Sequence record: PP661416.1
Source of the DNA: Pseudomonas phage Max
Direction: 5' to 3' (one strand)
Length of the DNA stretch: 61,753 nucleotides
Positions 1 through 9,320 of this stretch are shown here, in pieces (position 1 is the first letter of the stretch; every line of letters begins with the position of its first letter). Below the pieces are notes generated by a model that searched no databases, was not told the DNA's origin, and saw only the letters and a list, made by a program, of their open reading frames with translations. Made by a program: the position numbers and the translations under genes.

Positions 1-111
1 ACGCCCAGTGTTGGCCTTCCTCCGGGAGGTAGATGGCCCGCCACATCATGGCGAACTCATCCCGAGCCGGTTGCTGCTGGAGGTTCGGGTGTTCGCTGGA
101 CAGTCGCCCGT
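1..111. repeat. terminal direct duplication: bases 1..111 are identical to 61643..61753 (circular or permuted genome, unit length about 61,642 bp)
   Basis: Exact 111-nt match between the two window ends, in frame with the DNA polymerase ORF. Confidence 0.95.
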
Positions 112-1210
112 AGGCAGCGCCCGCGGTCCCGTCGCTTTCGTCATCCTTCTGGCGGCGGAGCTGGTTGAACGTCCCGTGGAGGCGACCGTTCACCATGTGG
201 TCCCGGACGGAGCTGGCGAAGGTCGTGCGCAGCTTGTTCACCTTCCGGGCGCGTTCGAGGAGGTCCGCCACGGGGTGGTCGATTGATCCCAGCAGCTCCT
301 TGTCGATGTTGGGCTTGCCCTGGGAGGTCTTGTTCAGCTTGATGCCGATGTGTTCGAGGGCGGGGGCGATCACCTCCGGCTTCCAGACATCGCCCACGGC
401 GATCCGGTGGCCGGTGATCGACCGGACTTGGGCCAGGGCCTCCGTCTCCTTCTCCAGCGCCCAACGCTCAATCATGTCCAGGCGGTCGCAGTCGATTCTG
501 ACGCCCCGGCGGCGAAGGCCCGTGAGGATCGGGAGCAGCTTGGACTCCAGATTGTACACGCCCCAGAGGTCCTGCTCATCAATCTCCCGCTCCTGACGGC
601 GGAGGATGTTCAGAGGCAGGCGCGTGTCCTCCTCCGCGTACTTCCCGACAAACTTGGCCGGGAGCATCCACATGTCCTTCTTCGGGTCAATCCCATAATC
701 GACCGCGGCGGCGCGCAGCAGGGCTTCGTCCTTGCCGTGGAAGCCCCACCGCTCCGCGATAGCTTGCATGCTGTAGCTGTCGTGGAGTTCGCAGATCAGC
801 GGGTCAGCGATCTGGATGTCACGGAAGTAGCGGACCCGCTCGAACTCGATGCCGTCCCCGGCGAGGAAGTCCAGGTCATACGGGAGGTTGGCCCCCACGA
901 GGTCGCCGGTGAACACCTTTGCCTGGGCGCGGAGGTAGGCCAGCACGCCCTCCAGCGGGAGGTTGCCCCCGCCTTCGTGTCTGATGGGCAAGTACCCGCC
1001 CGGGCCGTCCTCGATTGCGAAGCTGATGCCGGTGATGTAGCTGTTCGGGCGACGGCCCGCCCCCGGCCCGAGTTTGCGCAGGTCCGGGTCCCGCGTCTCG
1101 CAGTCGATGGCGACCCGCTTGGCCCCCTCCCACGAGGGGAGGGTGCTGAGGTCCGGGGCCACCCAGTCGCTGGAGACGGTCGTGAACAGGGGTGGTTGGA
1201 GGTATGACAT
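1..1210 (-). CDS. DNA polymerase, family A (T7-like), N-terminal 3'-5' exonuclease plus palm start. It is the 5' part of a gene that wraps the circular junction and continues at 60858..61753
   Basis: ATG at 1208-1210 overlaps the upstream TGA. Translation MSYLQPPLF...VAIDCETRD (ExoI DxE)...YGRLSSEHPNLQQQPA reads in frame into the MMWRAIYLPEEGQHWA repeat shared with the window end. Confidence 0.9.
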   Translation of the reverse strand, partial: MSYLQPPLFTTVSSDWVAPDLSTLPSWEGAKRVAIDCETRDPDLRKLGPGAGRRPNSYITGISFAIEDGPGGYLPIRHEGGGNLPLEGVLAYLRAQAKVFTGDLVGANLPYDLDFLAGDGIEFERVRYFRDIQIADPLICELHDSYSMQAIAERWGFHGKDEALLRAAAVDYGIDPKKDMWMLPAKFVGKYAEEDTRLPLNILRRQEREIDEQDLWGVYNLESKLLPILTGLRRRGVRIDCDRLDMIERWALEKETEALAQVRSITGHRIAVGDVWKPEVIAPALEHIGIKLNKTSQGKPNIDKELLGSIDHPVADLLERARKVNKLRTTFASSVRDHMVNGRLHGTFNQLRRQKDDESDGTAGAAYGRLSSEHPNLQQQPARDEFAMMWRAIYLPEEGQHWA

Positions 1211-1596
1211 CAGGCTCCGACCTCCGCAATCATCTTGCGCAGGAGGTTCAGGGCCGCGGTCAGCTCCGGGTCGGACTCCCAGAAGGTGAGGATGCGGACC
1301 ACTTCGGCTTCGTCCTCCGTCAGCCCGTTCGCGGCGGCGAAGGCGTCCGGGGTAATGACCACGGGAGCGGAGCGGGGCAGCAGGACCCCGTTGCGGTACA
1401 GGTCCTGGACCTTCTCCACGTAGTGGATCGCCTTCTCAAGGTCCTGGCGCGGGTCCTCGTGCTTCTTGCGGTTGCGGGTCGCGTACTTGGTCGCGCAGCC
1501 TTCGGTGTAGCGGAGGCCGTTCAGCTCCACGTAGTCCCAGTGTTGGACGGGCGAGCGGTAGTGCTCACCGCCCACTTGCTTTTCGTTCACGCTCAT
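1210..1596 (-). CDS. DUF3310-family phage protein (GGEHY motif)
   Basis: KQVGGEHY motif, RBS AAGGAG 7 nt upstream, ATGA overlap with the polymerase start. Confidence 0.55.
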   Translation of the reverse strand: MSVNEKQVGGEHYRSPVQHWDYVELNGLRYTEGCATKYATRNRKKHEDPRQDLEKAIHYVEKVQDLYRNGVLLPRSAPVVITPDAFAAANGLTEDEAEVVRILTFWESDPELTAALNLLRKMIAEVGA

Positions 1597-1792
1597 CTTG
1601 TAACTCCTTCATCAGTTCCCGGAGCCGGAGTGTCTGCTGGCGGTACAAGTACCCAAAACACCCGTGCTCCCCGTTCATCATATCTGTATGGACCTTGCGG
1701 AGGTGCGCAGCGAGTTCTTCCACCGTGTCGAAGGCGTAGAACTTCAGCTGCGGGTCCTCCGCCCAATCACGTCGCAGCTTCTCCAAGTCCAT
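1565..1792 (-). CDS. hypothetical protein
   Basis: RBS GAGGAGG 9 nt upstream of the ATG. High GC3. 32-nt overlap with the next gene. Confidence 0.5.
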   Translation of the reverse strand: MDLEKLRRDWAEDPQLKFYAFDTVEELAAHLRKVHTDMMNGEHGCFGYLYRQQTLRLRELMKELQDERERKASGR

Positions 1793-2402
1793 CGCGCACC
1801 ACCTCCTCGAAGAAGTCCGAGAGACGGCGATGCGGCTGGTGCTTCGCTGCCACGTAGAAGGCGCGGACGGGTTCGGGCAGGCTACCCTCCAGGCCCCGCT
1901 TCTCCGTCACCGCCTCGCATGCCCTCCGCATGGCCGTGACCGCTTCGTTGCCCAGGGCTTCTTCCTCCCGGCACCACAGCCACAGTTCGAGGGTGTCCAC
2001 GGCCTTCAACCAGTCCTCCTCGTCAGGGAGAAGGCCCGGGAGCAGGCCCAGGGTCGCCAGCACGCGGCGTTCCGCCTCCTCATACACCTTCCCGAGTTCG
2101 GAGTGGGTCCACTTCGCCGGGGCCGGGATGTCGCCCAACCAACGCTCCGCGCAGTCGTGCCACTGGACCGCCTTGATCAGGTTCAGCGACGGGTGCGGGT
2201 GGAGCAGCAGCAGGAGGCTCACGGCCCCGTAGCTGTGCTGGGCGATGTTGTACTGACCGTGGTGCGGGACGATGTGGCACCGGCGGACCGTCCCGGCCTC
2301 CCGGGTCGCGGCGATCCGGGTCAGGAGCGGGCGGGCGGCGCGGCGGTTCAGCTCCTCCGCCTCGCGCTCCTCGTCATGAATCTTGCTCATCAGGCTTCCC
2401 AT
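1767..2402 (-). CDS. HD-domain 5'-deoxynucleotidase (YfbR-like)
   Basis: NIAQHSYGAVSLLLLLHP and QWHDCAERWLGDIPAP align with the YfbR motifs NVSEHSLQVAMVAHAL and MYHDASEVLTGDLPTP. RBS GAGGAG. Confidence 0.7.
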   Translation of the reverse strand: MGSLMSKIHDEEREAEELNRRAARPLLTRIAATREAGTVRRCHIVPHHGQYNIAQHSYGAVSLLLLLHPHPSLNLIKAVQWHDCAERWLGDIPAPAKWTHSELGKVYEEAERRVLATLGLLPGLLPDEEDWLKAVDTLELWLWCREEEALGNEAVTAMRRACEAVTEKRGLEGSLPEPVRAFYVAAKHQPHRRLSDFFEEVVRDGLGEAAT

Positions 2403-2414
2403 TGTTCCGTCTCC

Positions 2415-3470
2415 TCACTCATACGCCACGCCATCGTCCATCGCCCGGGCCTTGCGGGCCTCGAAGGCGGCGCGGCGGCGTTCGATCCATTCCACCCCGG
2501 CCAGCTTCCAGTCGGTGGCGGCGACGTTGTCCAGCTCCGCCAAGGCGGCGTCAAAGCGGGAGGGGTTGGAGGTCTGCTTGAAAGCCTTGTGGGCCTTCAA
2601 CATCGGGATCGCCACGCGACGGAAGAACGGGTCACGGAAGCCCACGGCGTCCGGCTCGCTCAGGAACATCATCAGCTCCTGGTTCCACTCCTCCGGGTCC
2701 GTGGACATCAGCGGGTAGGGCTCCGCGATCCCGGCGGCGTAGGGGTCGGGCGTCTCCTTCCCGGTCATCGGGTTGGCGGCGAGGTCCGCGAGCGGGGCGA
2801 CCTTGTTCAGCACCTCCTCATAGGCATGGAAGTTGGCGCTGACTTGGCGGTAGATGCCTTGTTCCACCCCGACACTCCGGGCGACGTACTCATGGAGGTA
2901 GCTGAAATGGACCGCGTTGGCCCCGTAGGCTCCCCAGATCAGGTCGTTGGAGCGGTTGGTCACGGTCATGTCCAGGCGACCGTCGCAGGCGATCTGGAAG
3001 ATGGCCTGAAGGTTGCACGGGAGGTCCTTGCCTTGGCGGCCCAGGTCCGCGTCCGCGTCCCACATCGACAGGACCTGGCGGCGGTCATCGTGGTTCGCCT
3101 TCAGGGCGGCGATGATCTTGGGCAGCTGGTCCTCGAAGAAGTGCTGGCGCCAGCGGAAGCCGTAGGCCCCGTGGAAGGTCAGGCCGTCATCCGAATAGCT
3201 GCGCATGCGATCCACGAAGCGGGCGACGTACTCCACGTCATTGCGTCCGCCCAGCATCCAGAGGCTTTCCATCAGGTGGAAGAAGGGGTTGGCGTCCCGT
3301 TCCGCCCAGAACAGCACGCGCTCCGCCGGGCGGAGGTACACGGTGGTGACGGGTTCCGGGAACATGAACACGGGGCCGTTGCGCGAGTCGCGGCGGACGC
3401 CCTCGAAGGACAGTTGATACAGGGCCTCCGGGAGGGCCTGTTGTACGTTGCGGGTCTTGATGACTTTCAT
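2415..3470 (-). CDS. thymidylate-synthase (ThyA) homologue, likely dUMP/dCMP 5-hydroxymethylase
   Basis: LPCNLQAIFQI (catalytic Cys in a PC context) and RSNDLIWGAYGANAVHF resemble ThyA LPPCH...RSxDxxLGxPFNIASYALL. Sits next to the modification genes. Confidence 0.75.
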   Translation of the reverse strand: MKVIKTRNVQQALPEALYQLSFEGVRRDSRNGPVFMFPEPVTTVYLRPAERVLFWAERDANPFFHLMESLWMLGGRNDVEYVARFVDRMRSYSDDGLTFHGAYGFRWRQHFFEDQLPKIIAALKANHDDRRQVLSMWDADADLGRQGKDLPCNLQAIFQIACDGRLDMTVTNRSNDLIWGAYGANAVHFSYLHEYVARSVGVEQGIYRQVSANFHAYEEVLNKVAPLADLAANPMTGKETPDPYAAGIAEPYPLMSTDPEEWNQELMMFLSEPDAVGFRDPFFRRVAIPMLKAHKAFKQTSNPSRFDAALAELDNVAATDWKLAGVEWIERRRAAFEARKARAMDDGVAYE

Positions 3471-3580
3471 TTCTTGTTAAACTCCACGAAGATGACGTTG
3501 CCGGTCCGGCGAAGGACACGGGGGCGAGGGAGCCAGACCAACCACCAGCTCCAGTACCACCAGAACGGCGAGAAGATCAC
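3467..3580 (-). CDS. possible 37-aa hydrophobic micro-protein (GTG start), translationally coupled to the ThyA-like gene
   Basis: AGGAGG 6 nt before the GTG. Trp-rich peptide (V)IFSPFWWYWSWWLVWLPRP... Its stop TGA overlaps the ATG of the next gene. Not in the ORF track (<60 aa). Confidence 0.25.
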   Translation of the reverse strand: MIFSPFWWYWSWWLVWLPRPRVLRRTGNVIFVEFNKK

Positions 3581-3592
3581 GGCCCCCTCCTG

Positions 3593-4153
3593 TTAAGCCG
3601 AAGCGGTCTGCGGCGGAAGGCCCAGGCGGGCGTTCAGGTCCTTGATCGGCAGCGCGATAGCCCGGGACGGCGATTCAACCGCGAAGGGGCGGGCGAACTG
3701 CTCCACCTCCGGCCAGACCTGAATCAGCTTGTTGACCGTGGTCACGCTTTCGAGGACGGCCCAGGCTCCGGTCTTGGCCTCCTCGCGCTCGCGCTTGAAC
3801 TGGGCGCGGTCCTTCAGGTAGGTGCGCAGCTTCTCGCCCAGCGGGTGGTCCGCCTTATAGACCTTGCCGGGGTTGTGGCTCCAGCAATCGGCCACGCGCT
3901 TCTTCTCCGGGAGGTCCAGCGAGTGGTAGGACTCCCCGACCACCTGGACGCGGATGCTGCTGCGGACTTCGAGGAAGCCGTTGGGCAGGGCGTACATGTG
4001 GGCGCGGATCGCCTCCGGGTACAGGTCGTTGTAGAACTCCAGCGCCAGCTCCTTCTCGCGGGCGTCCAGGGCCTTCTCGCGGTCGGAGAAGGAGTGGGCG
4101 AGGATCGCGTCACGGACCTGCTCGCGGATGTAATTGGACAGACGTACAGCCAT
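3593..4153 (-). CDS. hypothetical protein (track ORF trimmed to the internal ATG with RBS)
   Basis: GGAG 8 nt upstream of ATG-GCT-GTA (MAVRLSNY). The N-terminal 29 aa of the track ORF lack an RBS. Confidence 0.55.
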   Translation of the reverse strand: MAVRLSNYIREQVRDAILAHSFSDREKALDAREKELALEFYNDLYPEAIRAHMYALPNGFLEVRSSIRVQVVGESYHSLDLPEKKRVADCWSHNPGKVYKADHPLGEKLRTYLKDRAQFKREREEAKTGAWAVLESVTTVNKLIQVWPEVEQFARPFAVESPSRAIALPIKDLNARLGLPPQTASA

Positions 4154-4208
4154 GATGGTTTCTCCATTTCGTTGATGCCGCCGGAATGGTCCGGCGGCGA
4201 GGTTTCGA

Positions 4209-5180
4209 TCAGGCGAGGGTGGTTGCCTTGCGCCAGTCATACTTCGAGCGCATCTTGCCTTCGTTCAGGCGCACGCGCTCATACTTGTCGAACTCGCACA
4301 GCGTGTGTTCGATGTCCCGGGCCTCGAACCGCGGCCCCACGTGCGGGCTCCCGAGCTGCGGCGGTCCGAAGGTTTCGTTGAAGCCCCGGGCGTCCAGGGC
4401 GTTCAGCTCCTGCATCAGCTCGATCATTTCCGCGTTCGTCTGCTCCGGGCGGGGCTTCGCTGCGAGGTCGCGCCCGTACAGGCGGTTGAGCCCGCGGATC
4501 GCCCCGGGACCGGCGTTGGCCCAAGTCCAGATGTCCGGGGCGTTGCGCAGGTAGCGGGTGTGGCGGAGGTCGGTCACCACCTCATAGGCCATGAACGGTC
4601 CCCAGCCGATGTAGCGGGGCTGCTGGAACTTCTCCCAGACGGTTTCGAGCCGGTTGAAGGCCCGGAGGACGCCCGGAGTGGTTTCCAGCATCCGCTGCCA
4701 TTCCTCGCGGTCCTCCCAGAGACGGCCCAGGACAATCTCCGCGATGTAGCGGTGCTTGGTCCAGCTGTACCACTCCTTGGAGGGGTCTGACTCCGCGCGG
4801 ATCATGTAGGCTCCGGTGTACACCTTATCGCCGCGGACGGCGCGATGCTCCAGAGCGGTCGTGAGCCAGGAGGGCTCGAAGTCAGGGTTGTCGGGCCACT
4901 GCTTGGTCTGGATCAGCTCCGCGAGGGTATCCGGCCAATTGATGTAGCGGGCGATGGCGAGCATGAACCAAAGGTGGGGGTGGTCCGCGAAGGGCTGACG
5001 AATATGCTTGTCAACCCAGATCGTCACGGTGTCCAGCTCGCGGAAGATGTTACAGAACCGCCCGTCACGCAGAACCGGGTCCGCGGTCCAGGGGCCGGGC
5101 TTCCCGGCCTTGCGGTCCAAGTAGATGTCGTGCCGGGCCTTCATGAAGGCGGCGATGTCGTTGATGCGTGGGGTGGTCAT
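4209..5180 (-). CDS. aGPT-Pplase-like protein (alpha-glutamyl/putrescinyl-thymine pyrophosphorylase family), putative DNA base-modification transferase
   Basis: Real start MTTPRINDIA at 5180, set by the stop of the upstream kinase gene. The 167-aa R/G/P-rich N-terminal extension in the track is spurious. Trp-rich fold with GWGPFMAYEVVTDL, paralogous to 8162..9037. Confidence 0.55.
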   Translation of the reverse strand: MTTPRINDIAAFMKARHDIYLDRKAGKPGPWTADPVLRDGRFCNIFRELDTVTIWVDKHIRQPFADHPHLWFMLAIARYINWPDTLAELIQTKQWPDNPDFEPSWLTTALEHRAVRGDKVYTGAYMIRAESDPSKEWYSWTKHRYIAEIVLGRLWEDREEWQRMLETTPGVLRAFNRLETVWEKFQQPRYIGWGPFMAYEVVTDLRHTRYLRNAPDIWTWANAGPGAIRGLNRLYGRDLAAKPRPEQTNAEMIELMQELNALDARGFNETFGPPQLGSPHVGPRFEARDIEHTLCEFDKYERVRLNEGKMRSKYDWRKATTLA

Positions 5181-5191
5181 AGTCGGGGTCC

Positions 5192-5755
5192 TCAGCCCAA
5201 ATTCTCGATGACGGCCTTGATGTCCTTCAGGGCCGTCTCCCAGTGGATGTCGCGGACCGTCTCGCCGTCTGCCAGGGCCTTGTCGCGGACCCGGGCGATG
5301 GTGCGGTGCTTGTCGGCCACCTGGTCCTCCTTGATGGGCTTCCCGCCGTTGCGCTCCTGGATGCGCTTCAGGCAGACTTCGAGCGGCGTGTCCAGGAAGG
5401 CCCAGATCATTCCGCCGTTCGCCTTCGACCACTCCTGCCACGGACCGTAGATGGTACTGACCACCACGCCCTCGAACAGGACCGCCTTCACGTCCGGGTC
5501 CCGCCCAACCAGCTCCGCGACGGCCTTGGCGGCGGCTTGGGTCTTGATCCGGTCCAGACCGGCGGTGGTCGCTCCGGCGGCGGCGGGGGTGTAGTCCCCG
5601 ATGATGGCGATGCCGTCCGGGGCATACGTCACCGGGATCGGCTTGTGGTCCGGGACGATGACGTTGATGACGCGGCAAAGCGGATCGCGGGCCAGGCAGC
5701 GCAGCAGGGTGGTCTTGCCGGAGCCGTTACAGCCCCGCACGTTGATGTACTTCAT
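5192..5755 (-). CDS. P-loop kinase, candidate 5-hydroxymethyl-dU DNA kinase
   Basis: Walker A GCNGSGKTT at the N-terminus. GGAG RBS. Sits between the aGPT-Pplase-like and radical SAM genes. Confidence 0.6.
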   Translation of the reverse strand: MKYINVRGCNGSGKTTLLRCLARDPLCRVINVIVPDHKPIPVTYAPDGIAIIGDYTPAAAGATTAGLDRIKTQAAAKAVAELVGRDPDVKAVLFEGVVVSTIYGPWQEWSKANGGMIWAFLDTPLEVCLKRIQERNGGKPIKEDQVADKHRTIARVRDKALADGETVRDIHWETALKDIKAVIENLG

Positions 5756-5809
5756 CTTGGTTCTCCATTTCAGTTGAAAACGGCGGAGCCGGAGCCCCGC
5801 CCGGGTTGC

Positions 5810-7252
5810 TCAGTCAATCTGCGTGATCGGGATGATCTTGCGCTCGCCGCCGTCCTCCTCCGGCGGGGTCGGTTCCACGATCTTCTTGAAGTCGGGCGAG
5901 CGCAGAGCCTTCGCCGCCCCGAACAGTTCCGAACCGCAGCGGGGCTTGCCCTCGTTGTCGTCCGCGCAGTGGAGACAGCCGGTGGGGGCGCACTCCTTGA
6001 CCTCCTGGAAGGGCTGGCCCAGATCGGTCCGGGTGAACATCGGGACGCGCTGGCCGTGGCACTGGTCCGCGGTGATCATTTCACGGCCCATCGAAAGCCA
6101 GGCCGGTTCGCCGGTTCCGGGCTTCCCGCGGCGGTACTCATAGCACGTCGCGTAGGTCATGCCCAGCTCCGTCGCCCACTTCCGGTACAGCTGGTGGGCT
6201 TCGACCCGGTACGGCTCCGCGATGGTCTTTTGGGCTCCGGCCTGGTTCTCCGTGAACAGGTCCATGAAGGCTTTGGTGCGCTCCGGGCCGAACCGCTTGT
6301 GGAGACGTTCGATCATCGCCGGAGCCCAGCTGTAGCCCGCTTCCACAAACTTCACGATCACGTGGTTGTTGCCGACCGCGGCCAGGCGCTCGAACAGGTG
6401 GCGGATGTCGTCATGGGTGACGATCCCCGGGACCACCGGATTGACCTGAATGGACGTGTAGATGCCCTGACGGCGCAGCTCCGCGATTTCGTCAATGTGG
6501 TCCTGGAGGGAAATGGCCCCGGGGGACAACTTGTGCCAATCGCGGTCGTTGCCGGTGTTCAGCGACTTCTGGGCGTAGCTGTAGGGGTTCCGCTTCAGGA
6601 GGTCGATGGCCCAGGACGGGTAGCTGAGACGGCTCAGGAAGAAGATGGGCAGGCCCAACTCCACGAAGGCTTCCGCCCCCTGCTGGGTGTTGTGGTACAC
6701 GTCCTCAATCGGCAGGAAGGGGTCCGTGAAGCTGGAGAAGTAGCCCGCGGCGGAGGTCCGGGACTTCGAGAGCATGTTGCGGACCTGCTCGCCGTAGTTC
6801 ACCGGGACGCTGATGAGGCCGGTGCCGCGGTAGCCACGGAACCCGCTGTTGACGTAGCAGAAGGCGCAACCCACGGTGCAGTAGCCCCCATAAGGCTCCG
6901 TCAGGATCGCCTCGCTGAAGCAGGGGCGGGCGCGGGAGCCTCGCTTGTCGTTGTGCTTGTCCTGGTACCAGCCCTGAAGGGGCTTGGCGTTCGGGATGCG
7001 GATGTGCGGGAGGTAGGTGACGTCATTGAAGCCAAGATACACCTTGACCTCCTTCTTGTCTTCATCCTTCGCGTTGCGGACCATACCCACCTTGGCCATG
7101 CGGAACTTCGCGCGCATGCCGGTCAGCGGGTCATCCTCCTCCTCGATTGGGCCCAGGAACTCCCGTTGGTTCGGGTCCGGGCGCATGAAATACTTGTAAG
7201 CCTCCTGAGCGGCTTCGCCGGTTTCTTCATTCAGCCATGCTGCGTGGTCCAT
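5810..7252 (-). CDS. radical SAM enzyme
   Basis: CTVGCAFCY is a CxxxCxxC 4Fe-4S/SAM motif. 480 aa. Downstream of the promoter at about 7279..7306. Confidence 0.8.
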   Translation of the reverse strand: MDHAAWLNEETGEAAQEAYKYFMRPDPNQREFLGPIEEEDDPLTGMRAKFRMAKVGMVRNAKDEDKKEVKVYLGFNDVTYLPHIRIPNAKPLQGWYQDKHNDKRGSRARPCFSEAILTEPYGGYCTVGCAFCYVNSGFRGYRGTGLISVPVNYGEQVRNMLSKSRTSAAGYFSSFTDPFLPIEDVYHNTQQGAEAFVELGLPIFFLSRLSYPSWAIDLLKRNPYSYAQKSLNTGNDRDWHKLSPGAISLQDHIDEIAELRRQGIYTSIQVNPVVPGIVTHDDIRHLFERLAAVGNNHVIVKFVEAGYSWAPAMIERLHKRFGPERTKAFMDLFTENQAGAQKTIAEPYRVEAHQLYRKWATELGMTYATCYEYRRGKPGTGEPAWLSMGREMITADQCHGQRVPMFTRTDLGQPFQEVKECAPTGCLHCADDNEGKPRCGSELFGAAKALRSPDFKKIVEPTPPEEDGGERKIIPITQID

Positions 7253-7278
7253 AGTTCAACTCCTCATCTATTGCGAAA

Positions 7279-7306
7279 AAGTCTAGTGCCTTACCCGGAA
7301 GAAGTA
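7279..7306 (-). promoter_or_regulatory. sigma70-like promoter (minus strand: -35 TTTACT, 17-bp spacer, -10 TAGACT), member of the repeated promoter family
   Basis: Plus-strand gaagaagtaaag...agtcta. Intergenic between 7324 and 7252. Confidence 0.5.
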
Positions 7307-7323
7307 AAGCACTATGAATTGGG

Positions 7324-8160
7324 TCACTCCCCGATGTTCCAGAACACGATGGGGCGTGGATGGACGGAAGCCAGGTTGAGCGGGTCACTCAGCCACTTCC
7401 AAGCCTTCAGATCATAGAACGGGTTGCAGGGGAACGGGGCGGAGGCGTCCCGGGCCGCGTCCGCGTACCCGTAGCCCTCGTCAATGAACTTGATCCGGTC
7501 GCCCAAGGTCAGGCCCGCGGCCTTCTCGATGTACTCCCGGGTGGCGTCCTGGCTCCGCGAGTATCCCATGTGGAGGATGACGTTGTAGTTGCGGAGCAGG
7601 CCCGCCTCCTCGAAGCCCTTGAGCACCCCGGCGGCGACCGTCCCCGAGCTGATACTGATGACCAGGGTCCCGGAGTCCGGGAGGTGCGGGGCGGTGCGGA
7701 CGGCCTCCGCGGCGTTCTCCGGGATCGACTCCGGGAGCTTCAGGGCGTTCGGCATCAGGTAGCTGTCGTGGTAGTTCTCCCGCAGGTGCTTCTTGGCCGT
7801 ATGGTACAGGATCGCGGAGCGGCCCGCCGGGATGTCCACGAGGTCCGCCCCGAGCTGGCGAGCGTGCTGCTGTTGGACGCGCGGGGCGTCCGCGGCCCCG
7901 TCGCGCTTGAAGCGGGGCCAGTAGTCCACGGCCTGTTTCCCGAGCTGCTGGCAAACGTAGGCGACCGCCCAGCCCGCCTTCGAGTGGTACGTGTCCAGAC
8001 AGCCGATGGTGGTCTCAGGCCGGTTCTTGATATGGGCGACAACTCCGCGAATCTTGCTGAAGGACGGACCCGGGAGCGGGGCGCACAGGTCCTCCCGCTT
8101 CACGAGGATCGGGACCCCGTTGAGCTCATAGGTTTCGACCGGGGTGTTGTTGACGATCAT
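7324..8160 (-). CDS. PLP-dependent enzyme, fold type II (ACC deaminase / D-cysteine desulfhydrase-like)
   Basis: VKREDL...SFSKIRG lysine motif. Start reset to the ATG at 8160 (AAGGAG RBS, ATGA-type junction with the upstream stop at 8162). Confidence 0.6.
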   Translation of the reverse strand: MIVNNTPVETYELNGVPILVKREDLCAPLPGPSFSKIRGVVAHIKNRPETTIGCLDTYHSKAGWAVAYVCQQLGKQAVDYWPRFKRDGAADAPRVQQQHARQLGADLVDIPAGRSAILYHTAKKHLRENYHDSYLMPNALKLPESIPENAAEAVRTAPHLPDSGTLVISISSGTVAAGVLKGFEEAGLLRNYNVILHMGYSRSQDATREYIEKAAGLTLGDRIKFIDEGYGYADAARDASAPFPCNPFYDLKAWKWLSDPLNLASVHPRPIVFWNIGE

Positions 8161-8161
8161 C

Positions 8162-9046
<885 letters not shown>

Positions 9047-9310
9047 TCACAAGTATGCGTGACTGATTTTCCCGGACAGGTCCTTCAGGATGTCCCAATC
9101 AGAGAATTGGCGACTGAAGGAAGGCCCCATGCGGACTTCTTTGTTGACGTGAATACGGGAATGGACCGTCAGCCACTTGCTGTCGCCGTCCTCCGTGATC
9201 ACAATGTGAATCCACGGAGGTAGCTTGAAGGGCTCCATCCTGTATCCCCGCTCCGCCGGGTACTCCACCCGGCGGAGCAGGTAGTCATAGGTGCGCTCCG
9301 AGGCTCCCAT
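9047..9310 (-). CDS. hypothetical protein
   Basis: Internal ATG (MGASERTYDY) with a GAGG RBS, packed tightly between neighbouring genes. Confidence 0.4.
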   Translation of the reverse strand: MGASERTYDYLLRRVEYPAERGYRMEPFKLPPWIHIVITEDGDSKWLTVHSRIHVNKEVRMGPSFSRQFSDWDILKDLSGKISHAYL

Positions 9311-9320
9311 GACCCTTGCC

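Noticed and set aside
1830-3596. Very long plus-strand ORFs in the track (1830..3596 588 aa, 5243..7417 724 aa, 15573..17690 705 aa, 19462..21579 705 aa, 26313..29489 1058 aa, 40163..43255 1030 aa, and similar)
   Set aside because: All lie antisense to well-supported minus-strand genes. They have R/G/A/P/V/L-dominated low-complexity composition typical of high-GC antisense frames, no RBS, and no recognisable motifs. Stop codons are rare in GC-rich antisense frames.
4209-5678. N-terminally extended versions of real genes in the track (4209..5678, 7324..8277, 18413..19216, 33488..34390, 52165..52671, 53096..53995 and similar)
   Set aside because: The extensions are R/G/P-rich, overlap the upstream gene, and lack an RBS. 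Internal ATG or GTG codons with good SD sequences, placed exactly at the upstream gene's stop, are the likely true starts.
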